Assembly: GCA_036265815.1 (NCBI GenBank)
Contig: DATAOI010000087.1
Location: 6,849 to 70,848, forward strand
Length of the DNA: 64,000 nt
From: Gemmatimonadales bacterium
GTDB taxonomy: Bacteria; Gemmatimonadota; Gemmatimonadetes; Gemmatimonadales; GWC2-71-9
Reading direction: 5' to 3'
Shown here: in pieces, positions 54,929 to 63,512 of the stretch
Position numbering within the stretch: the first letter of the stretch is position 1
Layout of the letters: the number at the start of each line of letters is the position of its first letter
Position numbers and translations under genes: made by a program
The notes under the pieces: model-generated
The model's database searches: none
Told to the model about the DNA's origin: nothing
Seen by the model: the letters and a program-made list of their open reading frames with translations, nothing else

Positions 54929-55768
54929 GTGGGCTCTCGCGTCAGATGTATCGATAGACGTACCCCCCGCACCTCGGTTCTCGGGCTGCTGGCGGCAGTG
55001 CTGTGGCTCGGCTGCGCGCCGACCATCAATCTGCTCAATCCCAACACCCCACGATTCGCGGGCGAGTATGCGGCGCCCATCGCCGACGCCGGCGCCCTCC
55101 CACGGCTCCGCATCGTCACCTTCAATGTCAAGCTGGCCCGCCGGATCGACCGCGCCATCGAGGTCCTCCGGAGCGACAGCCTCCACGCCGCCGACGTCAT
55201 CGCCCTGGAGGAGATGGACGACGCCGGCGTCGAGCGGATCGCGCGGGCGCTCCAGCTCAACTACGTCTACTATCCCGGCTCCATCCACCCGATCGACCAC
55301 AAGTACTTCGGTCCGGCCGTCCTCTCCCGCTGGCCGATCGAGCGGAGCTGGAAGCTGCTGCTGCCGCACGAGGGGCGGGTCCGCCACCAGCGGCGGACCG
55401 CCACCGCCGCCATTCTGAGGGTGGCCGGCCGGCCTGTGCTCGCGTATGCGGTGCATCTGGAGACCCCCATCCGACTCTCGGACAAGGGACGGGCCGACCA
55501 GGTACGTGCGGTCCTGTCCGACGCAGCCGGCTTCGCCGGCCCGGTGGTGATCGCGGGCGACTTCAATAGCTACGGCGTCGGCCCGCTGCTGGTACGGCAG
55601 GGATACCACTGGCTCACGGCGCGAGTGGGCCCGAGCATCTCGTTTTTCTCCTGGGATCACATCTTCGCCCGTGGCCTCTCGCCCGCCCGGCCAGCCAGCG
55701 CTGGCGTGGTGCGGCAGGTGCACGGCGCGAGCGACCATCACCCGGTGTGGGCCGTCGTCGTGGATTAA
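54929..55768 (+). CDS. Endonuclease/exonuclease/phosphatase (EEP) family lipoprotein
   Basis: The lipobox is VLWLGCAP. Motifs: RIVTFNV, IALEEMD, AGDFNSYG and ASDHHPVWAVV. Confidence 0.8.
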   Translation: MGSRVRCIDRRTPRTSVLGLLAAVLWLGCAPTINLLNPNTPRFAGEYAAPIADAGALPRLRIVTFNVKLARRIDRAIEVLRSDSLHAADVIALEEMDDAGVERIARALQLNYVYYPGSIHPIDHKYFGPAVLSRWPIERSWKLLLPHEGRVRHQRRTATAAILRVAGRPVLAYAVHLETPIRLSDKGRADQVRAVLSDAAGFAGPVVIAGDFNSYGVGPLLVRQGYHWLTARVGPSISFFSWDHIFARGLSPARPASAGVVRQVHGASDHHPVWAVVVD

Positions 55769-55780
55769 GCCCCCCCGGAC

Positions 55781-56203
55781 CTAACTGGAGCTCGCCGCCC
55801 GCGCCGCGGCTCGGCGCATGACCGTCGACACGAGCAGGTAGGCCTCGGTCCACGCGGCGCGCACCTCGGGCGTGAACTCCTCGCCCAGATTCTGCTCCAG
55901 GGTCCAGAGCAGCGCCGCCCCGACCGACTGGTAGTCCGCATCCCTGACGCCATAGTGCAGATGGCGGCTCCCCAGCGCCGCTACCTCGCTGACCAGCACG
56001 TCGGGCTGGTCGAGCACCCGCACGATCTCCGCGAGCATCGCCATGAGCTTCCGTTGCAACCTCTCGAGATCGACACTGGCAAAGAGATGCCGGACCGCGG
56101 GATCGAGCGCGAAGAGACGCTCGTAAAACGACGCATCCGATTGCACCGTGGGCTCGAAGCGTCGCCAGCTCTCCCGCACGATCGCCTGCTGCTCCGGGGT
56201 CAT
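55781..56203 (-). CDS. Single-domain globin
   Basis: MTPEQQAIVRESW...FYERLFALDPAVRHLF...LGSRHLHYGV (proximal His region). ATG 56203 is preceded by GGAGGAGGAG, so I prefer it to the track start at 56236. Confidence 0.7.
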   Translation of the reverse strand: MTPEQQAIVRESWRRFEPTVQSDASFYERLFALDPAVRHLFASVDLERLQRKLMAMLAEIVRVLDQPDVLVSEVAALGSRHLHYGVRDADYQSVGAALLWTLEQNLGEEFTPEVRAAWTEAYLLVSTVMRRAAARAASSS

Positions 56204-56232
56204 GTGCTCCTCCTCCTGCGGCTTCCAGGCCG

Positions 56233-56709
56233 TCACGCCCAGGTAAATATCTCATCCCCCCTGTTTGAGGCTAGAGCAGGCCGAAGGCGACGTTCAGACG
56301 CTTCTGGCAGTGAAGGAACCGGAGACCGACAGCAGGAGACCTCCCGGCTCCGCTGCAGGCCGGTGGTCTCCAGGGAAAAGGTGCCGACCACCCATGCGTC
56401 CGTGACCGAGATGATCCTCAGGGTTCCCGACTGCGCCTGGAATTCCCCGAACGGCCGTTCGGACGGACCGAGCATCACGGAGGCGCGGATGACGTCGGAG
56501 GCATCTCCTTGGCAGGAGATGGCATATCTGCCCGGCGCTGGCCGGACGCCGCTCATCACGCGGAAGAAGACCGCGCCCCGCGCGCTGAGCGGGCCAAGAG
56601 CCAGTCCGAACACCGCCGGGGCATCGACCCGTCCGGGTACCTGGCTGAAGGTCTCTTCGCCGGAGGTGCGCCTACATCGCCGCTGAGCCGGGCGGTGAAC
56701 GAGGCGCAA
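56233..56709 (-). CDS. Hypothetical protein (weak call, possibly degraded)
   Basis: The central stretch GRYAISCQGDASDVIRASVMLGPSERPFGEFQAQSGTLRIISVTDAWVVGTFSLETTG looks like a beta-rich domain. Both termini are Arg/Ser/Pro-rich and unconvincing. Confidence 0.25.
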   Translation of the reverse strand: MRLVHRPAQRRCRRTSGEETFSQVPGRVDAPAVFGLALGPLSARGAVFFRVMSGVRPAPGRYAISCQGDASDVIRASVMLGPSERPFGEFQAQSGTLRIISVTDAWVVGTFSLETTGLQRSREVSCCRSPVPSLPEASERRLRPALASNRGDEIFTWA

Positions 56710-56815
56710 TGACGTACTGGCGCCGGCGCAGTCGGGACGCGCTTGGGCTGGCCGGCCCGACGGATGGGTGGTAAATCAATGCGGTAGCGCAAACACTCGC
56801 CCGGAGTTGCCCGCC

Positions 56816-58150
56816 ATGAGTCCGAAGCGCTCGGCAACGAAGCGGTCGCGGCCCTGGTCGGATGGATGGCGGCAGCTCCGGACGGCGCGGGCTGCCGTGG
56901 CCGTGCTGGTGGGCCTCCTCCTCGCGGTGATTCTGCTCTACGTGAACCTCGCCAGCTCCGAACGGAAGGTCGAGAACCCGCTGCCCCACCGATACGCCAC
57001 GGCCGATTCCCAGTTCGTCCGGACCATGGGGAGCCTGCTGGGTCCCGGATTCCTGCCGGGGAATCGAGTCACCACCCTGCTCAACGGCGATCAGGTCTTC
57101 CCCGCGATGCTCCAGGCGATCCGCTCCGCCCGACGGACGATCACCTTCGAGAACTACATCTACTGGTCCTCCCAGGTGGAGCAGCAGTTCTCCCAGGCAC
57201 TGGCGGAGCGGGCGCGCGCCGGCGTCCGGGTGCACCTGCTGCTCGACTGGGTGGGCTCGGACAAGAAGGACCGCAACTCCATCGAGCAAATGCGCAAGGC
57301 CGGGGTGGAGGTGGTCGAGTATCGGCCGCTCCGCTGGTACAACCTCGACCGGCTCAATCACCGGGACCACCGGAAGATCCTGGTCGTGGACGGCCGGGTA
57401 GGATTCACCGGCGGGGTAGGCATCGCGGACAAGTGGCTGGGCCACGCCCAGGATCGGGATCACTGGCGGGACTCCCACTTCCAGGCGGAGGGCCCGGTGG
57501 TGGCCCAGCTCCAGTCGGTCTTCATGGACGATTGGTTCGCCACCAGGGGCACGCTGCTGGACGGCCCGGGCTACTTCCCCGACCTGGACCCGGTGGGCCC
57601 GGAGTGGGCACAGGCTTTCCGAAGCTCTCCTTCGGGTGGGAGCGAGAGCGTCCGGCTCATGTACCTCCTCGCCATCGCGGCCGCGGCCAGGAGCATCCTC
57701 ATCGCGAACGCCTATTTCGTTCCCGATCGGGTCACCGTCGCCATGCTGGTCGAGGCCCGCCGGCGAGGCGTGGAGGTCGAGATCATCGTGCCGGGACCGA
57801 TTCTGGACGCCCAAGTGGTCCGGCGGGCCTCGCGCGAGCTGTGGGGACCGCTGCTCCGGTCCGGGGTGCGGATCTACGAATACCAGCCCACCATGTATCA
57901 CACCAAGGTCATGGTGGTGGATGATCTCTGGGTCTCCGTGGGCTCGACCAACTTCGACGAGCGCTCGTTCCGGCTGAATCAGGAAGCGAACCTCAACGTG
58001 CTGGATCCCGGGTTCGCGGAGGAGCAGGTGCGGGTATTCCGCGAGGATCGGCAGCGCTCGAAGCGGATCACGCTGGAGGAATGGCGGCGCCGGCCGCTGT
58101 GGGAGCGGGTCGAAGGGTGGGTGGCCGGCGTGGGTCGGGGGCAGCTCTGA
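56816..58150 (+). CDS. cls: Cardiolipin synthase (PLD superfamily)
   Basis: Two HKD motifs: HRKILVVDGRVGFTGGVGI and HTKVMVVDDLWVSVGSTNFDERS. An N-terminal TM helix is present. The start is ATG 56816. Confidence 0.9.
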   Translation: MSPKRSATKRSRPWSDGWRQLRTARAAVAVLVGLLLAVILLYVNLASSERKVENPLPHRYATADSQFVRTMGSLLGPGFLPGNRVTTLLNGDQVFPAMLQAIRSARRTITFENYIYWSSQVEQQFSQALAERARAGVRVHLLLDWVGSDKKDRNSIEQMRKAGVEVVEYRPLRWYNLDRLNHRDHRKILVVDGRVGFTGGVGIADKWLGHAQDRDHWRDSHFQAEGPVVAQLQSVFMDDWFATRGTLLDGPGYFPDLDPVGPEWAQAFRSSPSGGSESVRLMYLLAIAAAARSILIANAYFVPDRVTVAMLVEARRRGVEVEIIVPGPILDAQVVRRASRELWGPLLRSGVRIYEYQPTMYHTKVMVVDDLWVSVGSTNFDERSFRLNQEANLNVLDPGFAEEQVRVFREDRQRSKRITLEEWRRRPLWERVEGWVAGVGRGQL

Positions 58151-58152
58151 GT

Positions 58153-58668
58153 ATGACGAGGTACGCCGCGTTTCTCCGGGGCGTGAGTCCGATGAACGCC
58201 AAGATGCCGGAGCTGAAGCAGGCGTTCGAGTCCGCCGGATTCACCGAGGTAAAGACGGTCCTCTCCAGCGGCAATGTCGTGTTCAACGCGCGCGGCGCTT
58301 CGGAGCGGTCCCTCCAGCGCAAGGCGGAGGCGGCCATGAGCCGGCGCCTCGGCCAGGCATTTCTCACCATCGTGCGACCGGTCGAGATCCTCCGCGAGCT
58401 GCTCGCCTCCGATCCCTACCGGTCCTTCGGCCTCAGCCCCGCCGCCAAGCGCATCGTCACCTTCCTGCGAGACGAGCCCACCTCGGAGCTCGCCCTGCCG
58501 GTCGAGCTGCACGGGGCGCGCATTCTCGCTCAGCAGGGCAGGGAAGTCTTCAGCGCGTACCTGCCAACCCCGAGGGGCCCCGTCTTCATGGGGCTCATCG
58601 AGAAGACGCTCGGCAAGGAGCTGACGACCCGTACCTGGGACACCGTCATCAAAGTCGCCAGGGCGTAG
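58153..58668 (+). CDS. DUF1697-family protein
   Basis: MTRYAAFLRGVSPMNAKMPELKQAFESAGFTEVKTVLSSGNVVF...TTRTWDTV. It starts 2 nt after the cls stop. Confidence 0.8.
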   Translation: MTRYAAFLRGVSPMNAKMPELKQAFESAGFTEVKTVLSSGNVVFNARGASERSLQRKAEAAMSRRLGQAFLTIVRPVEILRELLASDPYRSFGLSPAAKRIVTFLRDEPTSELALPVELHGARILAQQGREVFSAYLPTPRGPVFMGLIEKTLGKELTTRTWDTVIKVARA

Positions 58669-58708
58669 GAAGCCCCGCGTTCTCTCTGGCTGGGTCCAGG
58701 GCTGCCCT

Positions 58709-59593
58709 TCACACCTCCTTCCGCACCGCGCGGCCCACCACCACCGTGATGTTGTCACTGCCGCCGCCGTCGAGCGCCTCCTGCAGCAGCGTCTCGCACG
58801 CCTGTCGTGCCGAGGTCATCGAGCGAAGCACGTCCCGGATCCGCTCGTCGCTCACATGCCGGGTGAGCCCGTCGCTGCAGAGCAGCAGGATGTGGCCCCA
58901 ATTCATCTCGAAGCGGGTGATCGTGGGATGGGTCTCGCGCCCGCCGATCGAGCTGGTGAGCGTGTGGGCCAGCCGGGTCCCGGCCGCCTCCTCCGCCTTC
59001 ATGACGCCGAGGTCGACCATCTCCTGCGCCATGGTCTGGTCGCGGGTGATCTGGGTCAGCTCGCCGTTCCGGAGCAGGTAGCAGCGGCTGTCGCCCACTT
59101 GGAGCAGGTAGGCACGGGGCCAGACGCCGAGGTACAGGGTGAGTGTCGTGGCCATCCCGCGGAAGTCCATGTCCTCTTCGCCCAGGCGCACCAGATCCGC
59201 GTGGCATTGGCGGGCGGCTTCCTCGAGCGCGTGATAGAGGGCCTGATCGTTGTCCTCCACGGCGCCGAAGTAACAACGGGTGGCATGGGAGACGTATCGG
59301 GTGACTGCCTGGAGCGCCAGCCGGCTGGCCGTCTCACCCCGGGCGGCGCCGCCCACCCCATCGGCGACCATCGCGAGCGACGCGAGCCGCTCACTCTCCG
59401 ACAGGAGGCCGTCGGCCTCGGGGATACTGGAGAGCCGAAGTACGAGCTGCTTGCGGAGCGAGCAGAGGATGAAGTGGTCCTGGTTGTCTTTCCGGATCTT
59501 GCCGGGATGGGTCACGCCGTGGGCGTCGATCTCGTCCTCGCGGGGCTTACGGGACGCGAGGGTCGCGGCGGCGGCTGCGTTCAGGGCAGGCAT
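58709..59593 (-). CDS. PP2C-family Ser/Thr protein phosphatase
   Basis: The start is MPALNAAAA at 59593. Motifs: THPGKIRKDNQDHF, MVADGVGG, LLLCSDGLT and GGSDNITVVV. The track ORF runs on to 60130 through the neighbouring gene, which is spurious. Confidence 0.85.
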   Translation of the reverse strand: MPALNAAAAATLASRKPREDEIDAHGVTHPGKIRKDNQDHFILCSLRKQLVLRLSSIPEADGLLSESERLASLAMVADGVGGAARGETASRLALQAVTRYVSHATRCYFGAVEDNDQALYHALEEAARQCHADLVRLGEEDMDFRGMATTLTLYLGVWPRAYLLQVGDSRCYLLRNGELTQITRDQTMAQEMVDLGVMKAEEAAGTRLAHTLTSSIGGRETHPTITRFEMNWGHILLLCSDGLTRHVSDERIRDVLRSMTSARQACETLLQEALDGGGSDNITVVVGRAVRKEV

Positions 59594-59681
59594 GCGTGCT
59601 CCGGGTCTGACGTGGACGGACTCGCCTAATCTGGGGACTCTCGCACTGTCCGGCCACCCTTTGCCGGACTCAATCGGTGTC

Positions 59682-59709
59682 TTGTGGAGGGCGGCCGTCG
59701 TCATATAAT
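59682..59709 (+). promoter_or_regulatory. Candidate promoter of TonB-like paralogue B
   Basis: TTGTGG (59682-59687), a 16-nt spacer, then TATAAT (59704-59709), 35 nt before the ATG. Confidence 0.4.
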
Positions 59710-59744
59710 AGGATCGCGGCGTGTCCCGTTGACTGGCCCCGAGC

Positions 59745-60449
59745 ATGCACCTCACCCTCCTCGAATCCGACCGGAGCCTCCTGGGCTCCCCCGAATACTC
59801 CTTTCTCAGCATCCTGGCACACGCCGGGGTGGTGTGGCTCGTCGTCTCCATGAGCGTCGGCGGGAGGCAGCTCCCCAGCGACGAGCGCGAAGCCAAGGCG
59901 TTCTTTCTCCTCCCGCCCGACCGGGTCGAGACCCACCCACGCCAGGCCGAGATTGCCCGGGTGGGGAAGATCGGGGGCAGCTTCGCGGACGGACCCCAGC
60001 TCGCCAGCCCAGGCGACGGCGCACGGCCTCGGGTGCCCGGCAAGGCCCCCAACCGGCCCGGCAAGCGGAGCGGCGCCCTGGGTGAGCTGCCTTTCGGTCC
60101 AGCGCCTTCTCTGCAGCAGATCGCGTTCACCGCGCTGCAGGTGGACGAGATGGTCGAGCGGTACGAGGGGAGCGCTGCGCCGGTCTACCCGCCCGAGCTG
60201 GCCGCAGCCAGGGTGGAGGGGCTGGTGCAGGCCAAGTACGTGGTCGATACCACCGGGCGGGTCGACACCAGCACGATCCGCATCGTGATCAGTAACAATC
60301 CCCGCTTCAGCGAGTCGGTGCGTACCGCGTTGGCCGAGATGCGCTTCCGTGCGGCCAAGCGGGCCGGCAAGCGGGTCCGCCAACTCGTCGAGCAGCGGTT
60401 CCGGTTCAGCAGTCCGTCTGTATCACAGGCTGGGCGACAGGCCAGCTGA
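59745..60449 (+). CDS. TonB-family protein, paralogue B
   Basis: MHLTLLESDRS, TM helix FLSILAHAGVVWLVV, and APVYPPELAAARVEGLVQAKYVVDTTGRVD...ALAEMRFRAA. Confidence 0.7.
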   Translation: MHLTLLESDRSLLGSPEYSFLSILAHAGVVWLVVSMSVGGRQLPSDEREAKAFFLLPPDRVETHPRQAEIARVGKIGGSFADGPQLASPGDGARPRVPGKAPNRPGKRSGALGELPFGPAPSLQQIAFTALQVDEMVERYEGSAAPVYPPELAAARVEGLVQAKYVVDTTGRVDTSTIRIVISNNPRFSESVRTALAEMRFRAAKRAGKRVRQLVEQRFRFSSPSVSQAGRQAS

Positions 60450-60519
60450 CGCGGTCCGGGTGGTTCGACGTTCCCCGGCCGCGGACCCCGACACGCCGGA
60501 GCCGCGAACCCAGCCTTCC

Positions 60520-61341
60520 TCACCCCCGAGCCTTTACGGCTCGCTCCACCAGTCGCGCCTCCCCGATTCCCTCGGCCCACCCCGCAAACCCGCTCGTCGC
60601 CCCCCGCCACTCGAGCTCGTCGACGTCCCGGAACACCGGCGCATCCGTCCTCAGCGTCGCGAGGGTCTTGAACAGCAGCGCCCGTTCCCGCTCCTCCCCC
60701 AGCACCGTGCTCGGAAACCCTTCGATCGGCCCGTATCGATTGAGCAGCCGGGCCGCCGTGGTGCGGCCGATGCCTGAGATGCCCGGATATCCATCCTGAG
60801 CATCCCCCACCAGTGCGAGCAGGTCGGGGATGAGCGCGGGCTCCACGCCGAACTTCTTGCGCACGCCTTCGGCGTCCCGGATCTCCTTCGCCCGACGATC
60901 CACCTGCACCACCCGGTCGCCTCGGACACACTGCGCCAGGTCCTTGTCGTTGGCCCAGATGCAGACCTTCTCGACCCGCACCTCTTCCGCGGCGAGGTGC
61001 GCGGCCGAGGCCAGCCCATCGTCCGCCTCCAGCTCGACCATGGGCCAGACCACGACGCCCATGGCCGCCAGGGCCTTTTCCAGTGGGTGGAACTGGGCGA
61101 GGAGCGCGGGATCGATCCCTTCACCAGTCTTGTACTCGGCCCAGAGATCGTTGCGGAAAGACTCGATCACATGGTCGGTGGCGACCCCGAGATGGGTGGC
61201 ACCCGTCTCGATCATCTCCAGGACCGAGTGCAGCACTCCGACGACGGCGCCGAACGGCTTGTCCTTCCCTTTATTGAAGCGGCGCTGGCCGTAGAACTGG
61301 CGGAACAGCTCGTAGGTGCCGTCCAGCAGGTGCACGATCAT
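60520..61341 (-). CDS. 5'-3' exonuclease / flap endonuclease (Pol I N-terminal domain-like)
   Basis: The start is MIVHLLDGTYELFR at 61341. Motifs: ELEADDGLA, NDKDLAQC and VGDAQDGYPGISGIG (H3TH). Confidence 0.85.
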   Translation of the reverse strand: MIVHLLDGTYELFRQFYGQRRFNKGKDKPFGAVVGVLHSVLEMIETGATHLGVATDHVIESFRNDLWAEYKTGEGIDPALLAQFHPLEKALAAMGVVVWPMVELEADDGLASAAHLAAEEVRVEKVCIWANDKDLAQCVRGDRVVQVDRRAKEIRDAEGVRKKFGVEPALIPDLLALVGDAQDGYPGISGIGRTTAARLLNRYGPIEGFPSTVLGEERERALLFKTLATLRTDAPVFRDVDELEWRGATSGFAGWAEGIGEARLVERAVKARG

Positions 61342-61359
61342 CCGGGAGGATAATGCATC

Positions 61360-61587
61360 TTGCGGGAGCTCGAGGACAAGGCGCGCCAATACTATGTCCC
61401 TCCCTATCACGTCGCGTTGGTATACTACGGGCTGAGGGACGAGGCCGGCTCCTTGCGCCAGATCGAGCGGATGATCGAGGGCCGGGCTGGGACGCGGTCG
61501 TGGTTCGGCATCGATCCCTATGTCAGGTGGCTCGCATCCCACCCGCGGTTCCAGGAGCTGGTGCGGCCGCTTGGACTGCCCGCATAA
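61360..61587 (+). CDS. Small ORF (75 aa) resembling the extreme C-terminus of kinase/TPR-type proteins; remnant or micro-gene
   Basis: YYVPPYHVALVYYGLRDEAGSLRQIERMIEGRAGTRSWFGIDPYVRWLASHPRFQELV parallels the tail of the kinase at 38234-40858 (..WLRADPTWDAIRGHPEFQALV). It has a TTG start, and an in-frame TAA lies 3 codons upstream. GGAGGA at 61345-61350 could serve as an SD sequence. Confidence 0.3.
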   Translation: MRELEDKARQYYVPPYHVALVYYGLRDEAGSLRQIERMIEGRAGTRSWFGIDPYVRWLASHPRFQELVRPLGLPA

Positions 61588-61612
61588 ACCAGCATAGGTA
61601 GACCGGATTGGA

Positions 61613-62128
61613 GTGATGGCAAGGCCCTACCGTGAGTGTCCCGCGTGCGGCAAGCACGCGCTCAGCATCGCGACCCGCTGTCCCCAGTGCGGGCATGAGC
61701 TTTCCAACCAGCCGGTTCAGCGACCGGAATCTCGCGACCCCAGGCCGTTGAGGGTGCTGGTGGTGGTTGCCGTCGTCCTGCTGGGCGCGAGCGGGCTGGC
61801 CACCGTGCTCCGGCGGGGAGGGATAGGGGAGTCGGAGTCTCGAACCACCGCCGCAGTGCGGCCGGAAGCGCCCAGCGCGCTCGAGAACGACGTGGACACG
61901 GCGCCGCCGGCCGCACCTGATTCCTCCCCCAGCGTCGCGGCCGTCCCACGACTCGCTCGAACCTGGACCAAGGTTCACGCTCGCCGCAGCGTCAAGGCCG
62001 ACGTGGTCTCCATCCTGCTCCCGGGTGACACCGTCCTGGCCGACTCGCTTCGGGGCGGTTGGTGGCGCGTGGCCCTCGAGGGGCGGGTGCTCGGCTACGT
62101 GTACGCCCGGACTCTCACAGGGGATTGA
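61613..62128 (+). CDS. Zinc-ribbon / TM / SH3-like domain protein
   Basis: The zinc ribbon is CPACGKHALSIATRCPQCGH and the TM helix is LRVLVVVAVVLLGASGLATVL. The C-terminus, ARTWTKVHARRSVKADVVSILLPGDTVLADSLRGGWWRVALEGRVLGYVYARTL, looks like a bacterial SH3_3 domain. Confidence 0.6.
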   Translation: MMARPYRECPACGKHALSIATRCPQCGHELSNQPVQRPESRDPRPLRVLVVVAVVLLGASGLATVLRRGGIGESESRTTAAVRPEAPSALENDVDTAPPAAPDSSPSVAAVPRLARTWTKVHARRSVKADVVSILLPGDTVLADSLRGGWWRVALEGRVLGYVYARTLTGD

Positions 62129-62870
62129 TCTTCCAGGTTGCACCGCCGGTCGACACTCCCCCGGGTTCGGCGTATATTCGACCGCCCCCAACCACGACCT
62201 CTCCAAGCTCCGCATCGACCGCGACCCTCCACCCGAGATCCGGCGCGCCTTCGGCCGTACGCTGTGGTTCGTCGGCGCCGCGGTTGTTCTGGTCGCCGCT
62301 GCCGTGCTCTGGGCTCGAAGCCGCTCCGCCGTCACGGTCGAGACCATCATCGCTGCGCCGATGGCGAGTGGCGGCGGCGGGACCGGTGGCGGTGGCACAA
62401 CCTCGGTCACAGCCAACGGCTACGTGGTGGCCCGCACCCGCGCCGCCGTCTCGGCCAAGATCCCCGGCCGCATCGCCTCGCTCACGGTGGACGGCGGCTC
62501 CAACGTGCGCCGCGGCGAGGTGATCGCCAGACTGGAGAACGACGACTACGCCGCCGCCGCTGCCGAGGCCCGAGCCAACGTCACCAGCGCCCGCGCGCAG
62601 CTCTCCGAGGCCGCCACCGAGCGGGACCAGTCGGCCCGCGAGGCCCACCGGCTGGCGCGGATTCACGGCGAGCATCCCGAGCTGATCTCGGCGCAGGACG
62701 TCGAGGCTGCCGAGGCCGCGCTCCGCTATGCCCAGGCCACGCTGGAGAACACCTACATCCGCGCTCCGTTCACCGGCACCGTGCTGAGGAAAGAAGCCGA
62801 GGTAGGTGAGGTGGTGGCCCCCTCGGTGGGCGGCGGGCTCACCCGCGGCGCGGTGCAGGCGATCAGGTAG
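62025..62870 (+). pseudogene. Truncated HlyD/MacA-type efflux periplasmic adaptor (C-terminal domains missing, start unclear)
   Basis: LSKLRIDRD, a TM helix, VTANGYVVARTRAAVSAKIPGRIASL.V..G..V..GEVIARLE, a coiled coil, then YIRAPFTGTVLRKEAEVGEVV, ending shortly after. There are no beta-barrel or membrane-proximal domains and no pump gene downstream. The only in-frame start (62025) overlaps the previous gene by 104 nt. Confidence 0.45.
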
Positions 62871-62876
62871 TGGTAC

Positions 62877-62905
62877 TTGACTGGTCGGTCAATTTAGACT
62901 AAGAT
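62877..62905 (+). promoter_or_regulatory. Promoter plus palindromic operator of the TetR gene
   Basis: TTGACT (62877-62882), a 17-nt spacer, then TAAGAT (62900-62905). The ATG lies 7 nt after the -10 box. The operator-like sequence TGACTGGTCGGTCA (62878-62891) overlaps the -35 box. Confidence 0.45.
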
Positions 62906-62912
62906 AGATCCC

Positions 62913-63494
62913 ATGCCACGCCCCAAGTCCTTCGACGAGGACGCCGTCCTCGACCAAGCCGTGCAGCTCTTCCAGGAGCGCGGCTACGAAGGCACCTCCC
63001 TGGCCGATCTCGAGGCCCACCTCGGCCTCGGCCGGCAGAGCATCTACAACAGCTTCGGTGACAAGCAGGCGCTCTTCCTCAAGGCGCTGGAGCGCTACCG
63101 GCAGAATATCTCCGAGCTGATGCTGGGCCAGCTCGACGCCCCGGATGCCGGCCTGGAAGCGATTCGCGCCTTCTTCCGGACATCAGTCGAGGCCATGACT
63201 GCCCCCGGGCCCAGACGGGCCTGCCTGGTGGCCAGTACCATTCTGGAGCGGGGCGCGGAGGATCCCGATGCCCTGCTGCGCTGCAATCACGCGCGGGCCG
63301 GGCTGGAGCGGCTGCTCCGTCGCGCGCTGGCACAGGCCAAGTCCCGCGGGGAGGTGTCCAGGAGCCTCGACGTCGAGGCCACCGCGACCCTCCTGGTCAT
63401 TCAGAATTACGGGCTCAATATCCTTGCGAAAACCGGCGCACCTGCGGCAGATCTGCACGCCGCCGTAGAGGTCCTGCTGGCGGGCCTGGAGTAG
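62913..63494 (+). CDS. TetR/AcrR-family transcriptional regulator
   Basis: The N-terminal HTH is LFQERGYEGTSLADLEAHLGLGRQSIYNSFGDKQALF. Confidence 0.9.
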   Translation: MPRPKSFDEDAVLDQAVQLFQERGYEGTSLADLEAHLGLGRQSIYNSFGDKQALFLKALERYRQNISELMLGQLDAPDAGLEAIRAFFRTSVEAMTAPGPRRACLVASTILERGAEDPDALLRCNHARAGLERLLRRALAQAKSRGEVSRSLDVEATATLLVIQNYGLNILAKTGAPAADLHAAVEVLLAGLE

Positions 63495-63512
63495 TGTTTT
63501 GGTGTCTTGTTT

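Noticed and set aside
47417-59744. The possibility that the 12-kb block between the TonB-like paralogues is a mobile genomic island
   Set aside because: I found no integrase, transposase, tRNA, direct repeats or obvious compositional break. The flanking paralogues are too diverged (about half of residues identical) to be recent mobile-element ends.
59594-60130. N-terminal 179-aa extension of the PP2C ORF in the track (58709..60130)
   Set aside because: The extension runs antisense through the TonB-like gene and its promoter. PP2C similarity begins only at MPALNAAAA (59593).
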